From: Candidatus Latescibacterota bacterium
Lineage (GTDB): Bacteria; Latescibacterota; UBA2968; GCA-2709665
Length of the DNA stretch: 64,000 bases
Assembly (NCBI GenBank): GCA_965219455.1
Contig: OZ244744.1
Span: 3,712,001 to 3,776,000, forward strand
Direction of reading: 5' to 3'
In this document: positions 20,795 through 30,939 of the stretch, piece after piece
Layout: the number at the start of each line of letters is the position of its first letter
Position numbering within the stretch: position 1 is the first letter of the stretch
Notes under the pieces: model-generated
The model's database searches: none
The model's input: the letters and a program-made list of their open reading frames with translations, nothing else
What the model was told of the DNA's origin: nothing
Translations under genes and position numbers: made by a program

Positions 20795-23248
20795 CTATTT
20801 GCCCGGCGCGTCGGCCCCCGTTTCCGTTTCGGAAGGGGTCTTCAGGGACCGAATATCCGAACGAAGGCGCTTTCGTTCTTCCTCGTGGGGAGTGATGCGA
20901 ATCAGTTCTTCGAGGCAGAGGATGGCGCTGTCTCTTTTTCCTGCGCGGAGAAAGCTGACCGCAAGCTGCCGGTAACTGTCGTGCATCAGCGAGTACCATA
21001 CCTCCTGTCCGACGGATTCCGGAGAGATGGTACTCTCCGCAACCCGGATGATTCGAAGGGCTTCGGACGGACGTTCCTGGAGATGCAACGCACGCACCAG
21101 GCCTTCGAAGATAACCAGGTAATTGCTGATGAGGCGCTGGGCCACCGGGTCCTTGTAAATGGTACTGTCCGAGATTCCCGAATAGCGATAGTTTTCAAGC
21201 AGATGCCGGGAGGTCAATCCGGCGTCGAATTGTCCGGGTGCGTGCTGCCTGACGAGACGGTACACCATGCCTTCCATTGAGAGATAGGACCGAAGGCCGC
21301 CCATGTTGCGTTCGGGAACGGTAACCGCGAAATAAATGGGGCGCTGCCAGTTGATTTCCTGGACGAGGTACCAGATCATATAGGTGTGAGATTCCAGAAT
21401 GGTCACACGCCGGTTACCCACCGGTATATCGGTGACGGGGATGTCTTCGGCCTTGACGACAATGCTACCGCCGGCAAGGGGAATGTCGGTATCATTCGTC
21501 CAGCGTCGGGCGACAACGTCGGAGTCAATTCGTGCGTCCGTCATGGGAATGGGGAGTCTGGGATCCAGGTCGCGCAGTTGTTTGACGTACCATGGGGTCT
21601 TAAGCAGGCTGAGGTTGACCACCCGGACATCCCGGCGGAAGCCCTTGACGTATTGGAGAAACCACAACGGATAGGTGTCGTTGTCTCCGTTGGTAAAGAG
21701 GATGGCGTCGGGCTCGCAGGAACTTAGAATGTTCCACGCGTAGTCGTGCGCGATCAGGTCACCGCTGCGGTCTCGTTCGTGGTAGTTGTGATGCAGGAGA
21801 CCTAATGGCACGCATAGGCACAGGGCCGCGGCGAGGGCGGCCGCGGGAACCGCGGTTTGACCGCGGGCAACCGCGCTGATGAGCGCCGCCGCGCCGTTGC
21901 CGATCCATAGGCCGAATAACGTATAGGCGCCGAGAAAGATGTATTCCCGTTCGCGGGGTTCCGGATCCGGCATGTTCAGGTATAAGACCAGTCCCAGTCC
22001 CATCAGCAGAAACATGGCGAAGATGCTGGCAAAGCGCTTCCAGTCTCTGCGGAAGTGACTGACCGCTCCACCGATACCCAGGAGAATGGGAACAACTGAA
22101 TACGCGATGGTTTCCCGGCTGTCGCCCATTGTGGACACCGCCCTGCGGAACGTCCCGGACAGCATCGCGCCAACGGAAAAACGTTCCGTGAACGCAGGCA
22201 GTGTTTCCGAGAAGAAGCGGCCGACAAGCCCCTGATCGTAAAACGGGAATTGCTGTAGGAAATATTTGACGTGGATGTTGAACTGAAAGTCCCAGAAATC
22301 ACCCCGGCGGGGAAAAATGGAATGGACGCCGTATTGCTGGCGGGTCAGGAAGGCTTTGAAATTTTCGAGGGTCTCGGGATTGTTCATATCCACGAAGGGA
22401 TCCAGGCCCGAGCGGATGTAAAGCATGACGTACGTGGAATATCCGAGGACGATCATCCCCGCGGCGCAAAGCCAGAAAGCCGGATGACGCCAGGCCGGAC
22501 GCAGTATCAGGAGTCCTGCAAGTACGGCCAGTACCAGGACGACGGTGACCGATAAAGGAGAGATGATGCACAGAAAGGGAAATACCGTAAGCCCGATTAC
22601 GACGGTTGCCTGTACGGAAGTGGAGCGATCCCTGAGCAGGTCGGAGAAGACCAGGATGAGGATTCCGGGCACGGTGAGCAGGCACTGCAGATGCACGCCG
22701 GCGCCCAGAAAGAACAGGTAGACGATGAATATGAGCAGGCGGTCGCGATATCTGTCCTCGGGTGCGCCGTCCCAGCGCAGGGCAAGGTAGAACGCCAGGA
22801 CGGTGAATAGCATGGACAGCGCGTAGACTTCGGCCTCGGTGGCATTTGCCCAGAAGGAGGTGGAGAACGCCGCGGAAAGGGCGGCAACCGCGCCGCCGGT
22901 CAGGATGGCGATGCGGTCGGAAATACGGCCGGGCCTGAGCCAGCGGGTGAGCAGGCGAACGCTGCAGAGGTAGAGCAGGAGGGCCGTGGTGGCGCCCGCA
23001 ATAACCGAAATCAGGTTCACGCTGAAGGCGACGTTATCGGGAGTCGCGAAAAGCGTGAAAATACGGCCCAGCAGGGTATGAAAAGGCGCGCCGGGAGGAT
23101 GGGGAACGCCGAGGATGTACGAGGCGGCGATGAATTCGCCGGTGTCCCAGAAGGTGACCGTGGGCGCAACGGTTCGGATGTAGACGAAGCACGTGATCAG
23201 AAAAACCAGAGTGCCGATGAGCCGGTTCTGTTCCCGGAAGGTCCTCAT
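20795..23248 (-). CDS. DUF2723 / TMEM260-like GT-C glycosyltransferase
   Basis: TFWDTGEF, GVPHPPG, EAEVY, PREREY and NGDNDTYPLW motifs; many TM helices. Confidence 0.88.
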   Translation of the reverse strand: MRTFREQNRLIGTLVFLITCFVYIRTVAPTVTFWDTGEFIAASYILGVPHPPGAPFHTLLGRIFTLFATPDNVAFSVNLISVIAGATTALLLYLCSVRLLTRWLRPGRISDRIAILTGGAVAALSAAFSTSFWANATEAEVYALSMLFTVLAFYLALRWDGAPEDRYRDRLLIFIVYLFFLGAGVHLQCLLTVPGILILVFSDLLRDRSTSVQATVVIGLTVFPFLCIISPLSVTVVLVLAVLAGLLILRPAWRHPAFWLCAAGMIVLGYSTYVMLYIRSGLDPFVDMNNPETLENFKAFLTRQQYGVHSIFPRRGDFWDFQFNIHVKYFLQQFPFYDQGLVGRFFSETLPAFTERFSVGAMLSGTFRRAVSTMGDSRETIAYSVVPILLGIGGAVSHFRRDWKRFASIFAMFLLMGLGLVLYLNMPDPEPREREYIFLGAYTLFGLWIGNGAAALISAVARGQTAVPAAALAAALCLCVPLGLLHHNYHERDRSGDLIAHDYAWNILSSCEPDAILFTNGDNDTYPLWFLQYVKGFRRDVRVVNLSLLKTPWYVKQLRDLDPRLPIPMTDARIDSDVVARRWTNDTDIPLAGGSIVVKAEDIPVTDIPVGNRRVTILESHTYMIWYLVQEINWQRPIYFAVTVPERNMGGLRSYLSMEGMVYRLVRQHAPGQFDAGLTSRHLLENYRYSGISDSTIYKDPVAQRLISNYLVIFEGLVRALHLQERPSEALRIIRVAESTISPESVGQEVWYSLMHDSYRQLAVSFLRAGKRDSAILCLEELIRITPHEEERKRLRSDIRSLKTPSETETGADAPGK

Positions 23249-23336
23249 GGATGCCTCAGGCTATGTGGATCGGAGGAGATTCGGGGGCGACAATACCGGC
23301 TCTTCGGTGATACCGAATGACGACCCATGGCGGTGA

Positions 23337-23588
23337 TCACTCTTCCGGCAGTTCTTCGGGACCGTAAATGCGGATGGATTCGTACTGCTTTTCGTAGACT
23401 GCGTAGTAGAGGTAACTGTCCTTAACAATCCAGGCGCTGTTGCCCGCGCCGGTGATGGCGACAGGGGGGGCTGCACCCTCACTCTGGGCGTGGGCCGTGC
23501 CCGGGGACCAGAGCGGCCGGATCAGGTTGGCAATCAGCAGGAACGCGACAACAACCAGCAGCGACTTTATCGATTTACTGTTCGACAT
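23337..23588 (-). CDS. small exported hypothetical protein (83 aa)
   Basis: SD AAAGGA before ATG 23588; hydrophobic N-terminus with AHA cleavage-like motif; own promoter upstream. Confidence 0.7.
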   Translation of the reverse strand: MSNSKSIKSLLVVVAFLLIANLIRPLWSPGTAHAQSEGAAPPVAITGAGNSAWIVKDSYLYYAVYEKQYESIRIYGPEELPEE

Positions 23589-23649
23589 GGGTCTGAATCC
23601 TTTCGGTGAATGAGGTTGTTGAACGGTTTGTAGAGCGTCACAGGGTTTC

Positions 23650-23680
23650 CAAATGTATATGTTTTGCGTGGTTCCGTCAA
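23650..23680 (-). promoter_or_regulatory. sigma70-type promoter
   Basis: TTGACG-17 nt-TACATT(TG) on the minus strand. Confidence 0.6.
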
Positions 23681-23715
23681 GCGCCGGCGGGCGGGACCGT
23701 CTCATCCGCCCGAAC

Positions 23716-23754
23716 AAAAAAGGCCACAGCCATCGGGGTACGCTGGCTGTGGCT
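23716..23754 (-). terminator. intrinsic terminator after the sigma factor gene
   Basis: GCCACAGCCA/TGGCTGTGGC stem followed by a T6 tract on the minus strand. Confidence 0.8.
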
Positions 23755-23771
23755 CTGTCGGGATGGCGCTT

Positions 23772-24629
23772 TCAGTGAAGATATGCCTTGAGGGGGCGGC
23801 TTCTGGAGTTGTGACGTAGTCTGTGAATGGCTTTTTCCTTGATCTGGCGTACCCGCTCGCGGGTCAATCCGAAACGTTCGCCGATTTCCTCCAGGGTGAG
23901 CGGGTGCTCCCGGTTGATGCCAAAGTAAAGGCTGATCACTTCGGCTTCCCGGGGGGTGAGGGTTGCCAGCGCTTTTTCCACTTCACGGTGAAGCGAATCG
24001 TCAATGAGCGATTCATCGGGCGGCGGTTGCAACTGATCTTCGAGAATATCCAGCAAACTGTTGTCTTCGCTTTCGCTGAACGGGGCGTCAAGCGAAAGGT
24101 GCCGGCTGGAGATTTTGAGCGTATCCATCACCTCATAGTCGCTCATTTCAAGTTCGTCGGCAATTTCACTGGGGCTGGGCTCTCGTCCGTATTCCTGCTC
24201 CAGCCCGCTGGATGCTTTGCCGATTTTGTGCAGGGCGCCCACCCTGTTCAGGGGCAACCGTACAATTCTGGATTGCTCGGCAAGGGCCTGGAGAATGGCC
24301 TGCCTGATCCACCAGACGGCATAGGAAATAAACTTGAAGCCCTTTGTTTCGTCAAAGCGTTTGGCTGCTTTTATCAGGCCCAGATTTCCCTCGTTGATCA
24401 GGTCTCCCATTGAGAGACCCTGGTTCTGGTATTGCTTGGCCACGCTGACAACAAATCTCAGATTGGCTTTGGTCAATTTTTCGAGGGCATCCTGGTCGCC
24501 CTTCTTGATTCTTTTAGCGAGGGCGACTTCTTCGTCTGCCGTGAGAAGATCTACTTCGCCGATCTCTTGAAGGTACTGATCTAAGGATTCATCTTCGCGC
24601 GCGTAGGGCCTTTTGGCTAGCTTAGACAC
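23772..24629 (-). CDS. rpoD: RNA polymerase sigma-70 factor, short RpoD/SigA type lacking region 1.1
   Basis: [34 protein letters not shown] and [12 protein letters not shown] motifs; 285 aa. Confidence 0.9.
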   Translation of the reverse strand: MSKLAKRPYAREDESLDQYLQEIGEVDLLTADEEVALAKRIKKGDQDALEKLTKANLRFVVSVAKQYQNQGLSMGDLINEGNLGLIKAAKRFDETKGFKFISYAVWWIRQAILQALAEQSRIVRLPLNRVGALHKIGKASSGLEQEYGREPSPSEIADELEMSDYEVMDTLKISSRHLSLDAPFSESEDNSLLDILEDQLQPPPDESLIDDSLHREVEKALATLTPREAEVISLYFGINREHPLTLEEIGERFGLTRERVRQIKEKAIHRLRHNSRSRPLKAYLH

Positions 24630-24862
24630 TCGTCAGCCTTTCTTTGCACCGGGGAGGTCGGTTCAGTTGGCCGGGGTTTCGGAGCCGGACTGTGAGCCGA
24701 GAAATCAGTTCGGGAGAAGCGCCTGAGTTTCTCGAAGGGGATTAAGACTGTCGTAGTGAACCTTGCTGATCATGATGTGGATACCGAAGACAGGAGTGGG
24801 CTACATAAGATCGGCCTCCTTTCAGACGATCGGATGAACTTCAGCAGATGACTGAAGAGGAA

Positions 24863-26245
24863 TCAATGTCCCGGTCGGAGGGCAACGAATCGCGTGTTGC
24901 CATCGTCCTTTTTCAAGATCAGGAAGAGGCCGGGCCTGACGGCTCCCTTGAGCCTTTCAACCATCTTGCGATAGTCTCGGACGCTTGAGACGGCAACACC
25001 GTCGATTTCAAGGATCGCATCGCCGCGTTCGATTTCTTTTTTTTCCGCCGGACTTCCGGGCGCGACGTAATGTACCACAACGCCGGGTCCGGTTCTGGAC
25101 GCCTGAAGGCGGCCGCTTTCCCAATCTGAGCGATTCTTGACCTCAAGCCCGGGCCAATTTGTACTGTTGGATCGGAATCCGTCCGGAGGACGAGGCCGCG
25201 TCTGCCGCCGGCCGAGTGCGCAGGAGATCTTTAAAGGTTTCCCGGCACGAAGGATGGAAAACGCAACGGATTCCCCTGGACGGTATGTTGTAATCCTGTT
25301 CAGAAAATCTTCGGCATCGATGACGGCCTCGGCGTCGAGCGTCCAGATGATGTCCCCCCTCTCAAGGCCGCCCCTCTCCGCCGGGCTGTCTGCCTGAACT
25401 TCCCCGATCAGTATGCCCGAAGCTGAGTCCAGTTCAAGCGCGTCGGCAAGATCGGGCGTGAGATCCTGGGGATGGATTCCCAGATATCCACGGACAACCT
25501 CGCCGTGTTGGCGCAGTTGCGCCGCGACCCTTCCGGCTACGTCGATTGGAATGGCGAACCCGATGCCGGATCCTGCGGGATTGTACGCGGTGTTTACGCC
25601 CACAACCCGCCCGGCGCTATTCACCAGGGGACCGCCGCTGTTGCCGGGATTGATGGACGCGTCCGTCTGCAAAAAATCCTGAATCGGCGGCGCCGGAATA
25701 TCGCCCTGGATTCGTTTCAGTTGACGTCCCTTGGCGCTGATTACACCGACGCTGACGGTATGATGAAAGCCAAAAGGACTGCCGACGGCCATCACCCAGT
25801 CGCCGATATGTACTGAATCGGATGTGCCCAGACGGGCAATACGCGTACGATCGATCGGTGTTTCTGAAAGCAGCCGTATAAGCGCCAGGTCGGTGTCGGG
25901 ATCCTGTCCGACAATTTCGGCGGCATATTCCGTGCCGTCGGAAAAACCGACTTGAATACCTATGGCACCCTCTATGACGTGGTTGCTGGTCAGGATATGT
26001 CCGGTGGCGTCGAGGACAAAGCCGGATCCGTAACGCAACGCCGAAGGGCCCTGGCGCAGCCCTGTACGGGAGATCTCCCTGCCGTAAGCACTGTTGGCGG
26101 AGATGCTGACAACCACGGGCCGTACGAGTCTGGCAACATCGGCAAATGACCGATCGGGACTGGCAGTCCAGGCTGTCTGGACGCGCAACAGGAAAAGGAC
26201 TGCGCAGAAGACAGCCTGGCGAACCCGATTCGGTTGGGATGTCAT
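24863..26245 (-). CDS. degP: DegP/HtrA (Do) serine protease with two PDZ domains
   Basis: SNHVI, TDLAL and GNSGGPL catalytic triad; two PDZ-like segments. Confidence 0.9.
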   Translation of the reverse strand: MTSQPNRVRQAVFCAVLFLLRVQTAWTASPDRSFADVARLVRPVVVSISANSAYGREISRTGLRQGPSALRYGSGFVLDATGHILTSNHVIEGAIGIQVGFSDGTEYAAEIVGQDPDTDLALIRLLSETPIDRTRIARLGTSDSVHIGDWVMAVGSPFGFHHTVSVGVISAKGRQLKRIQGDIPAPPIQDFLQTDASINPGNSGGPLVNSAGRVVGVNTAYNPAGSGIGFAIPIDVAGRVAAQLRQHGEVVRGYLGIHPQDLTPDLADALELDSASGILIGEVQADSPAERGGLERGDIIWTLDAEAVIDAEDFLNRITTYRPGESVAFSILRAGKPLKISCALGRRQTRPRPPDGFRSNSTNWPGLEVKNRSDWESGRLQASRTGPGVVVHYVAPGSPAEKKEIERGDAILEIDGVAVSSVRDYRKMVERLKGAVRPGLFLILKKDDGNTRFVALRPGH

Positions 26246-26264
26246 GCCGATAAGGCCGATGAGG

Positions 26265-26609
26265 TCAAGTTTCCGCCTCTGCGGCCTTCTCCTCTTCCTG
26301 GTTGTTGCCGGCTTTCAGATTCTTCAGATGGGCCTCCCGCTCCTGTAGCAGATTTTCCAGTTCGTTGATTCTACGCACCAGATCCTGTACGTCGTCTGTT
26401 TGGGCGACGCCACCTTCGTTACCTTCGGACACGTGGGCATAGACCGCGCCACCCAGTTCGGTAAACGCTTCGTGTATGGCATGGCGGGCTCCGGCGATAT
26501 CGAGCCTGGCGCGACCGATTCTCCCGAGGTATTCGGCCTTGTGGGCGGCCGTTGCGGCGCTGTCGATGATCCCTTTCTTAATGCGTTCCCAAAGCGTGTC
26601 GGTATTCAT
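26265..26609 (-). CDS. hypothetical helical/coiled-coil protein
   Basis: SD AAGGAG; tightly packed between the BMC-H and degP genes. Confidence 0.75.
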   Translation of the reverse strand: MNTDTLWERIKKGIIDSAATAAHKAEYLGRIGRARLDIAGARHAIHEAFTELGGAVYAHVSEGNEGGVAQTDDVQDLVRRINELENLLQEREAHLKNLKAGNNQEEEKAAEAET

Positions 26610-26626
26610 CCCTGTCTCCTTCGACG

Positions 26627-27076
26627 CTACTCGTCGGCGTTGGCATCCGCACTGTGGATCGCCTGGATTAATTGTTCCCGTGTGGCTCGGGAAATCTCGC
26701 GACCCCTGATGGACAGGCCGGGTGTTTGTCTCGCCAGGCGTCGGAGCTGTACAACCGAGAGACCGCCGAGGTCCGGATTTTCAGGGGACTCGGGTTTCGA
26801 GCCGTTTAATTCGAACACGTCTACCAGATCGTCGTGAGGGTTTGGAATGACGTGTCTGGATACGAGCTGGCCGACCTGTTCTGCGGCCTGAGCGCCCGCC
26901 TGTACGGCGGCCTGAACGGCACCGACGTCGCCCAGGATTCGAATGGAAACCAGGCCGCCCTCTATCTTTTCGACACCCGCGAGTTCGACGGCGGCTGCCT
27001 TCACGGCTGCGTCCGCCGCTTCAACGACGCCCGTGAATCCGCGAGTTTCGATTAGACCTAACGCGTTTTTTGCCAT
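26627..27076 (-). CDS. BMC hexamer shell protein with C-terminal helical extension
   Basis: [33 protein letters not shown], then a linker and LSVVQLRRLAR..TREQLIQAI; start set at ATG 27076. Confidence 0.9.
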   Translation of the reverse strand: MAKNALGLIETRGFTGVVEAADAAVKAAAVELAGVEKIEGGLVSIRILGDVGAVQAAVQAGAQAAEQVGQLVSRHVIPNPHDDLVDVFELNGSKPESPENPDLGGLSVVQLRRLARQTPGLSIRGREISRATREQLIQAIHSADANADE

Positions 27077-27249
27077 CGTGGGACCCGGAGTATGGAATGT
27101 GCAAACATTAAAACGGCCATTCCAGTTGCACTGATGCACTCGGAGTGGCCGCCTTCGATCAACTTAGCAGATGAAGTAGGGGGATGTTCATCAGGACCAT
27201 TCGGTATAGAAACGGGCAAGCGCCTTGGTTGCATTTTATACCAACAATA

Positions 27250-27278
27250 AAGATAAGGAAATTGTCCGTTTGTGTCAC
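27250..27278 (-). promoter_or_regulatory. candidate promoter of the BMC-H/hypothetical/degP unit
   Basis: GTGACA-17 nt-TATCTT in an AT-rich gap. Confidence 0.4.
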
Positions 27279-27335
27279 GTATTTTTTAAGCTACGACGAG
27301 GCTTTGTAGAAATTAAAGCAATAAATTACAGGGTG

Positions 27336-28760
27336 TTATCTAAAAAAGTCCTGCGACCAATTATACCGGCTCGCACCTTTTTCCGTGCCAAACCAGACGT
27401 AATCGTCCTGGAGGAGTACGGCCTGCGTGCGGTCGTCGATCAGACCGTTCGCTTGCGTGTAGCGATTCCAGAGTCCGGTGGAAATCTCGAAACGAAACGC
27501 GCCCAGGTCGGTACCCAGCCATACGCGGCTGGTATCGGCCGCAATCGCAACGTGCCGGTTTCCGTGTACCTCGGCAAGCGCGAATCGTTGCCATACCGTG
27601 TCGGGTGCGGCCAGATGAATGAGCGTCGACGGCGATTCAACGGTCGCCCAAACTTCATTTTCGCAGGTGGCCAGCCCGTTGATGGGACGGGACGTGAGTC
27701 CGCCGGGGCTTCGGACGGGCGTCCAGGTCACGTCGTCGATGTGACAGCGAAAGAGGCCCATATGGGTGCCTGCCCAGATATGGTCGGTGCCCGCGGCCAT
27801 GGCTTGAATGGAAAATCCCTCACTGCCGTCGACCCATCGAATGGTGTCGGCCATCGTATCGAACACGGCCAGTCCCGCCGGTGTGCCAATCCAGAGCCGG
27901 GTATCCGCTCTGACCATGGCGGTGACCTGACGTCGGTGGGGCAAGCGATACGTCATCCACTGACCTGTGTGACGTACATATCGGATAAGGCCGTTCCAGG
28001 CGCCGAACCAGACCGCCGTGCTGTCCGGCAGAATGGCGGTAACGCGGGCCTCGTCCAGACCCATTATGTCCTCCGGTTTGAAGTATTCCCACGTCTGGGT
28101 TGAAAGATGGTACCGCGTTATTCCCTGTTCCCGTATGCCATAGACGCCTCTGCCCCCAAACCAGATGCTATCTCCGTCTCTGGCCATGGCGGTTATATTT
28201 TCGTCGAGAGGACCGAATGCGTGGAATTCGAGTTGCCGGTCTGTCATATTCGCCTTGCCGACGCCCAGCCCGGCGATTCCGATCCACAGGGTCTGCCACG
28301 TGTCCATCAGCGTGTCCGTTATGGGATAGCTCCTTCGCGGACCCCGAATCCAGCCGTCAACCAGGAAGTGGCCAAACGGCAAATAGATGGGCGGAATTGG
28401 CGCTGGCGGACGACGCGGGGGTGGGTCGTCGCCGAAAAAAGTAACGGTTTCGAGCCGGGTGAGCCAGCGGGCGGCGCCGGACGGCGTGTCCAGCCAGAGT
28501 TCGCCGGTATTGGCATCGTAGGCCATGGCGCGAATGCGGTGGTCGGGCAGGCCGTCCAGGACGGTTAGCGGCCTGTGCCAGCGTTCGCCGTAAATATCGT
28601 AACGCCGGATGCCGTTCCGGGTGCCCACGTAGATATACTGGCTGCCTTCGGCCAGAGACGTAACCGAGTTCATGTTGGGAAAGGCGGTCCAGAGTTCCCG
28701 ATCGAAAGCGGGAAGGGGTTCGGAGAGCAGGAGCAGCAGCGTGCTGAAAAGGGATATCAT
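27336..28760 (-). CDS. exported beta-propeller protein (two-component-regulator propeller-like repeats)
   Basis: Signal peptide; repeated V..L..D...IW.GT..G blades; DGLP motif. Confidence 0.78.
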   Translation of the reverse strand: MISLFSTLLLLLSEPLPAFDRELWTAFPNMNSVTSLAEGSQYIYVGTRNGIRRYDIYGERWHRPLTVLDGLPDHRIRAMAYDANTGELWLDTPSGAARWLTRLETVTFFGDDPPPRRPPAPIPPIYLPFGHFLVDGWIRGPRRSYPITDTLMDTWQTLWIGIAGLGVGKANMTDRQLEFHAFGPLDENITAMARDGDSIWFGGRGVYGIREQGITRYHLSTQTWEYFKPEDIMGLDEARVTAILPDSTAVWFGAWNGLIRYVRHTGQWMTYRLPHRRQVTAMVRADTRLWIGTPAGLAVFDTMADTIRWVDGSEGFSIQAMAAGTDHIWAGTHMGLFRCHIDDVTWTPVRSPGGLTSRPINGLATCENEVWATVESPSTLIHLAAPDTVWQRFALAEVHGNRHVAIAADTSRVWLGTDLGAFRFEISTGLWNRYTQANGLIDDRTQAVLLQDDYVWFGTEKGASRYNWSQDFFR

Positions 28761-28779
28761 GGGTTCGAGGATCTGTGCG

Positions 28780-29970
28780 CTACGACAGACTTCTGAGGAA
28801 GGCCGCGGTTTCCCGGGCGACGATGATTTCTTCGTTGGTGGTCACAATCAGGGTTTTTACGGCGCTTTCGGACGCGGAGATCAGCCGTTCCGGATGCCCT
28901 GAGCGGTTCTTTTCGGGGTCCAGTTGAATGCCCAGAAATTCCAGACCGTGGCAGATGCGCCGCCGAATGTGAACACCACGTTCGCCGATGCCTCCCGCAA
29001 AGGCAAGCGCGTCGACCCCGCCAAGCGCCGCAGCCATTGCGCCAATTGCTGTCTTCACACCGTAACAGAAAGTCTCGACGGCCAGTTTTGCCCGTCGATT
29101 GCCGGCGGTGGCGGCCGCTTCCAGGTCGCGTACGTCGCCGCTGACGCCGGATATGCCGAGCAGGCCGCTTTCCGTGGTGAGAATGCGCCGGATGTCGTCC
29201 GTTGAGAGGTTTTCGCGGTCCATGATAAATGGAATGATGAAAGGGTCTATGGCGCCGTTCCGGCTGCCGTTGATAATACCGTCCTGGGCGGAAAATCCCA
29301 TCGTCGTGTCGATGGACCGCCCGTCCTTTATGGCGCACAGAGATGCGCTGCCGCCAAGGTGGCAGGAGATCAGGTTTAACCCCTCGGCCGGCCGGTCGAG
29401 GAGCCGGGGCGCCCTTTCGGAGATGTAACGGTGGGAGGCGCCGTGGAAGCCGTATTTACGCACGCCGTAGGTTTCGTACCAGGCGAAGGGTACGCTGTAG
29501 GTATACGCATAATCGGGAATGGTGGTGTGGAAGGCAGGCTCGAACAGACCGACCAGCGGAAGACCCGGGTACAATGCATGGAAGATCCGGATGGCCTGGA
29601 TGTACGGCGGGTTGTGGGCAGGCGCGAGTTCGTTGTAGTCGGCCATGCGCTCGAGAATCCCGTCGTCCAGCATGTAGATCCCGGGTTCTCCACGGAGGTG
29701 TACGGTCTTGAACCCCACGGCATCCAGGTCGGAGGCCCCCCGGTGGCCGCCCGCCCCGTTGAGGGCATCCATTACGTTCCGGATCGCAGAGGGGTAATCG
29801 GGCAGCGCGCAGGTGGATCGGGTTTCCGACCGGCCGACGCGATGTTCAACCGGACACTGTGCGCCGCCGATACGCTCGAGGCGTCCCTCGGCGAGCACCG
29901 TCTCGTCCGTCATATCGAAGAGTTTGTACTTGAAGGACGTACTGCCTACGTTGGCGACGAGGATTTTCAT
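28780..29970 (-). CDS. ackA: acetate/propionate kinase
   Basis: MKILVANVGSTSFK, GFHGASH, CHLGGSAS, GGIGE and TNEE motifs. Confidence 0.95.
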   Translation of the reverse strand: MKILVANVGSTSFKYKLFDMTDETVLAEGRLERIGGAQCPVEHRVGRSETRSTCALPDYPSAIRNVMDALNGAGGHRGASDLDAVGFKTVHLRGEPGIYMLDDGILERMADYNELAPAHNPPYIQAIRIFHALYPGLPLVGLFEPAFHTTIPDYAYTYSVPFAWYETYGVRKYGFHGASHRYISERAPRLLDRPAEGLNLISCHLGGSASLCAIKDGRSIDTTMGFSAQDGIINGSRNGAIDPFIIPFIMDRENLSTDDIRRILTTESGLLGISGVSGDVRDLEAAATAGNRRAKLAVETFCYGVKTAIGAMAAALGGVDALAFAGGIGERGVHIRRRICHGLEFLGIQLDPEKNRSGHPERLISASESAVKTLIVTTNEEIIVARETAAFLRSLS

Positions 29971-30001
29971 AGGCGGCGGGAGTCGGGTGTCGCGGTCTGG
30001 C

Positions 30002-30050
30002 GTTCTGTCCCGGAAATAGATTGCCGAATGGTGACATAATTGTGGGACAG
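30002..30050. repeat. short inverted-repeat element, family C, copy 1
   Basis: CTGTCCC..GGGACAG ends; similar to the reverse complement of 35424-35473. Confidence 0.55.
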
Positions 30051-30054
30051 GAAA

Positions 30055-30882
30055 CTAATCGTTATTTTCTTTGTGGAGTTCGTGCATCACCTTGCGGGTG
30101 ATTTCGGTGACCAGATCGTCATCCGGCGGCGGGATGTCACCGGAAGGGGTCGAGGCGCTGCGCGTGCGAAGGGTGGGGATTTGCGAATTGGCAGCGACGG
30201 GCCTGGACGGCGCCTCTCCGACGACGCACGCGGGATCCGGGCCCCGGATGCCCAGGCGTTTGCGGATCTGGAGGAGTTTGTCAACCTGGTCCTGGTTCAG
30301 TACATTTGCGCCGCCCAACTGACGCGCGACAAACAGAATTCGCGCGAAATGTTCCAGGGTTTCCATTTTGAAATATGCATTCATCACGTCGGAACCCACG
30401 GTGGTAGCGCCGTGATTCTCAAGCAGATAGGCGTCGTAGTCCGTGACGTATTTTCGAATCGGTTCGGAAATTTCCGGCCCCCCTGGCGTGCCGTAGTCCG
30501 CGGTGGGGATCGATCCGAGTGTGATCACGACTTCGGGCAGTACGCAATCGGTGAGCGGCATTCCGGCAACGGAGAATCCAGTGGCCGTGGGCGGATGCGC
30601 ATGGACAACCGCCTTGACGTCGGGCCTCTCCCTGTAGAGAAACAGATGCATGCCAATTTCGGAGGAAGGGCTCAGGCGGCCGCTTATCTTCCTGCCTTCC
30701 ATATCGCAGACGCACAGATCCTCGACGGATAGGGTCCCTTTGCATAGGCCGCTGGGTGTTACAATCAGCCGGCCTTCATCGAAACGGGCGGAGATGTTGC
30801 CGTCGCTCGAGACGATATATCCTTTGTCGTAGAGCCTGCGTCCGGCTTCCACGATATCCAGTTTTGCCTGATGGAGTGTCAT
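30055..30882 (-). CDS. class II aldolase (FucA/RhaD-like) with C-terminal encapsulation peptide
   Basis: GNIS, PSSE, VHAHP and LLENHG motifs; tail DLVTEITRKVMHEL after a Pro-rich linker. Confidence 0.92.
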   Translation of the reverse strand: MTLHQAKLDIVEAGRRLYDKGYIVSSDGNISARFDEGRLIVTPSGLCKGTLSVEDLCVCDMEGRKISGRLSPSSEIGMHLFLYRERPDVKAVVHAHPPTATGFSVAGMPLTDCVLPEVVITLGSIPTADYGTPGGPEISEPIRKYVTDYDAYLLENHGATTVGSDVMNAYFKMETLEHFARILFVARQLGGANVLNQDQVDKLLQIRKRLGIRGPDPACVVGEAPSRPVAANSQIPTLRTRSASTPSGDIPPPDDDLVTEITRKVMHELHKENND

Positions 30883-30939
30883 GATGAGGTGACCTGGAAG
30901 TGATCCTCAAGGGGGACAGTGGTGGATGCCCGCCCAGTT

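Noticed and set aside
27225-27245. Possible sigma54 promoter (TGGTAT..TGCA) before the BMC-H gene
   Set aside because: The GG-to-GC spacing is 8 nt instead of the required 10.
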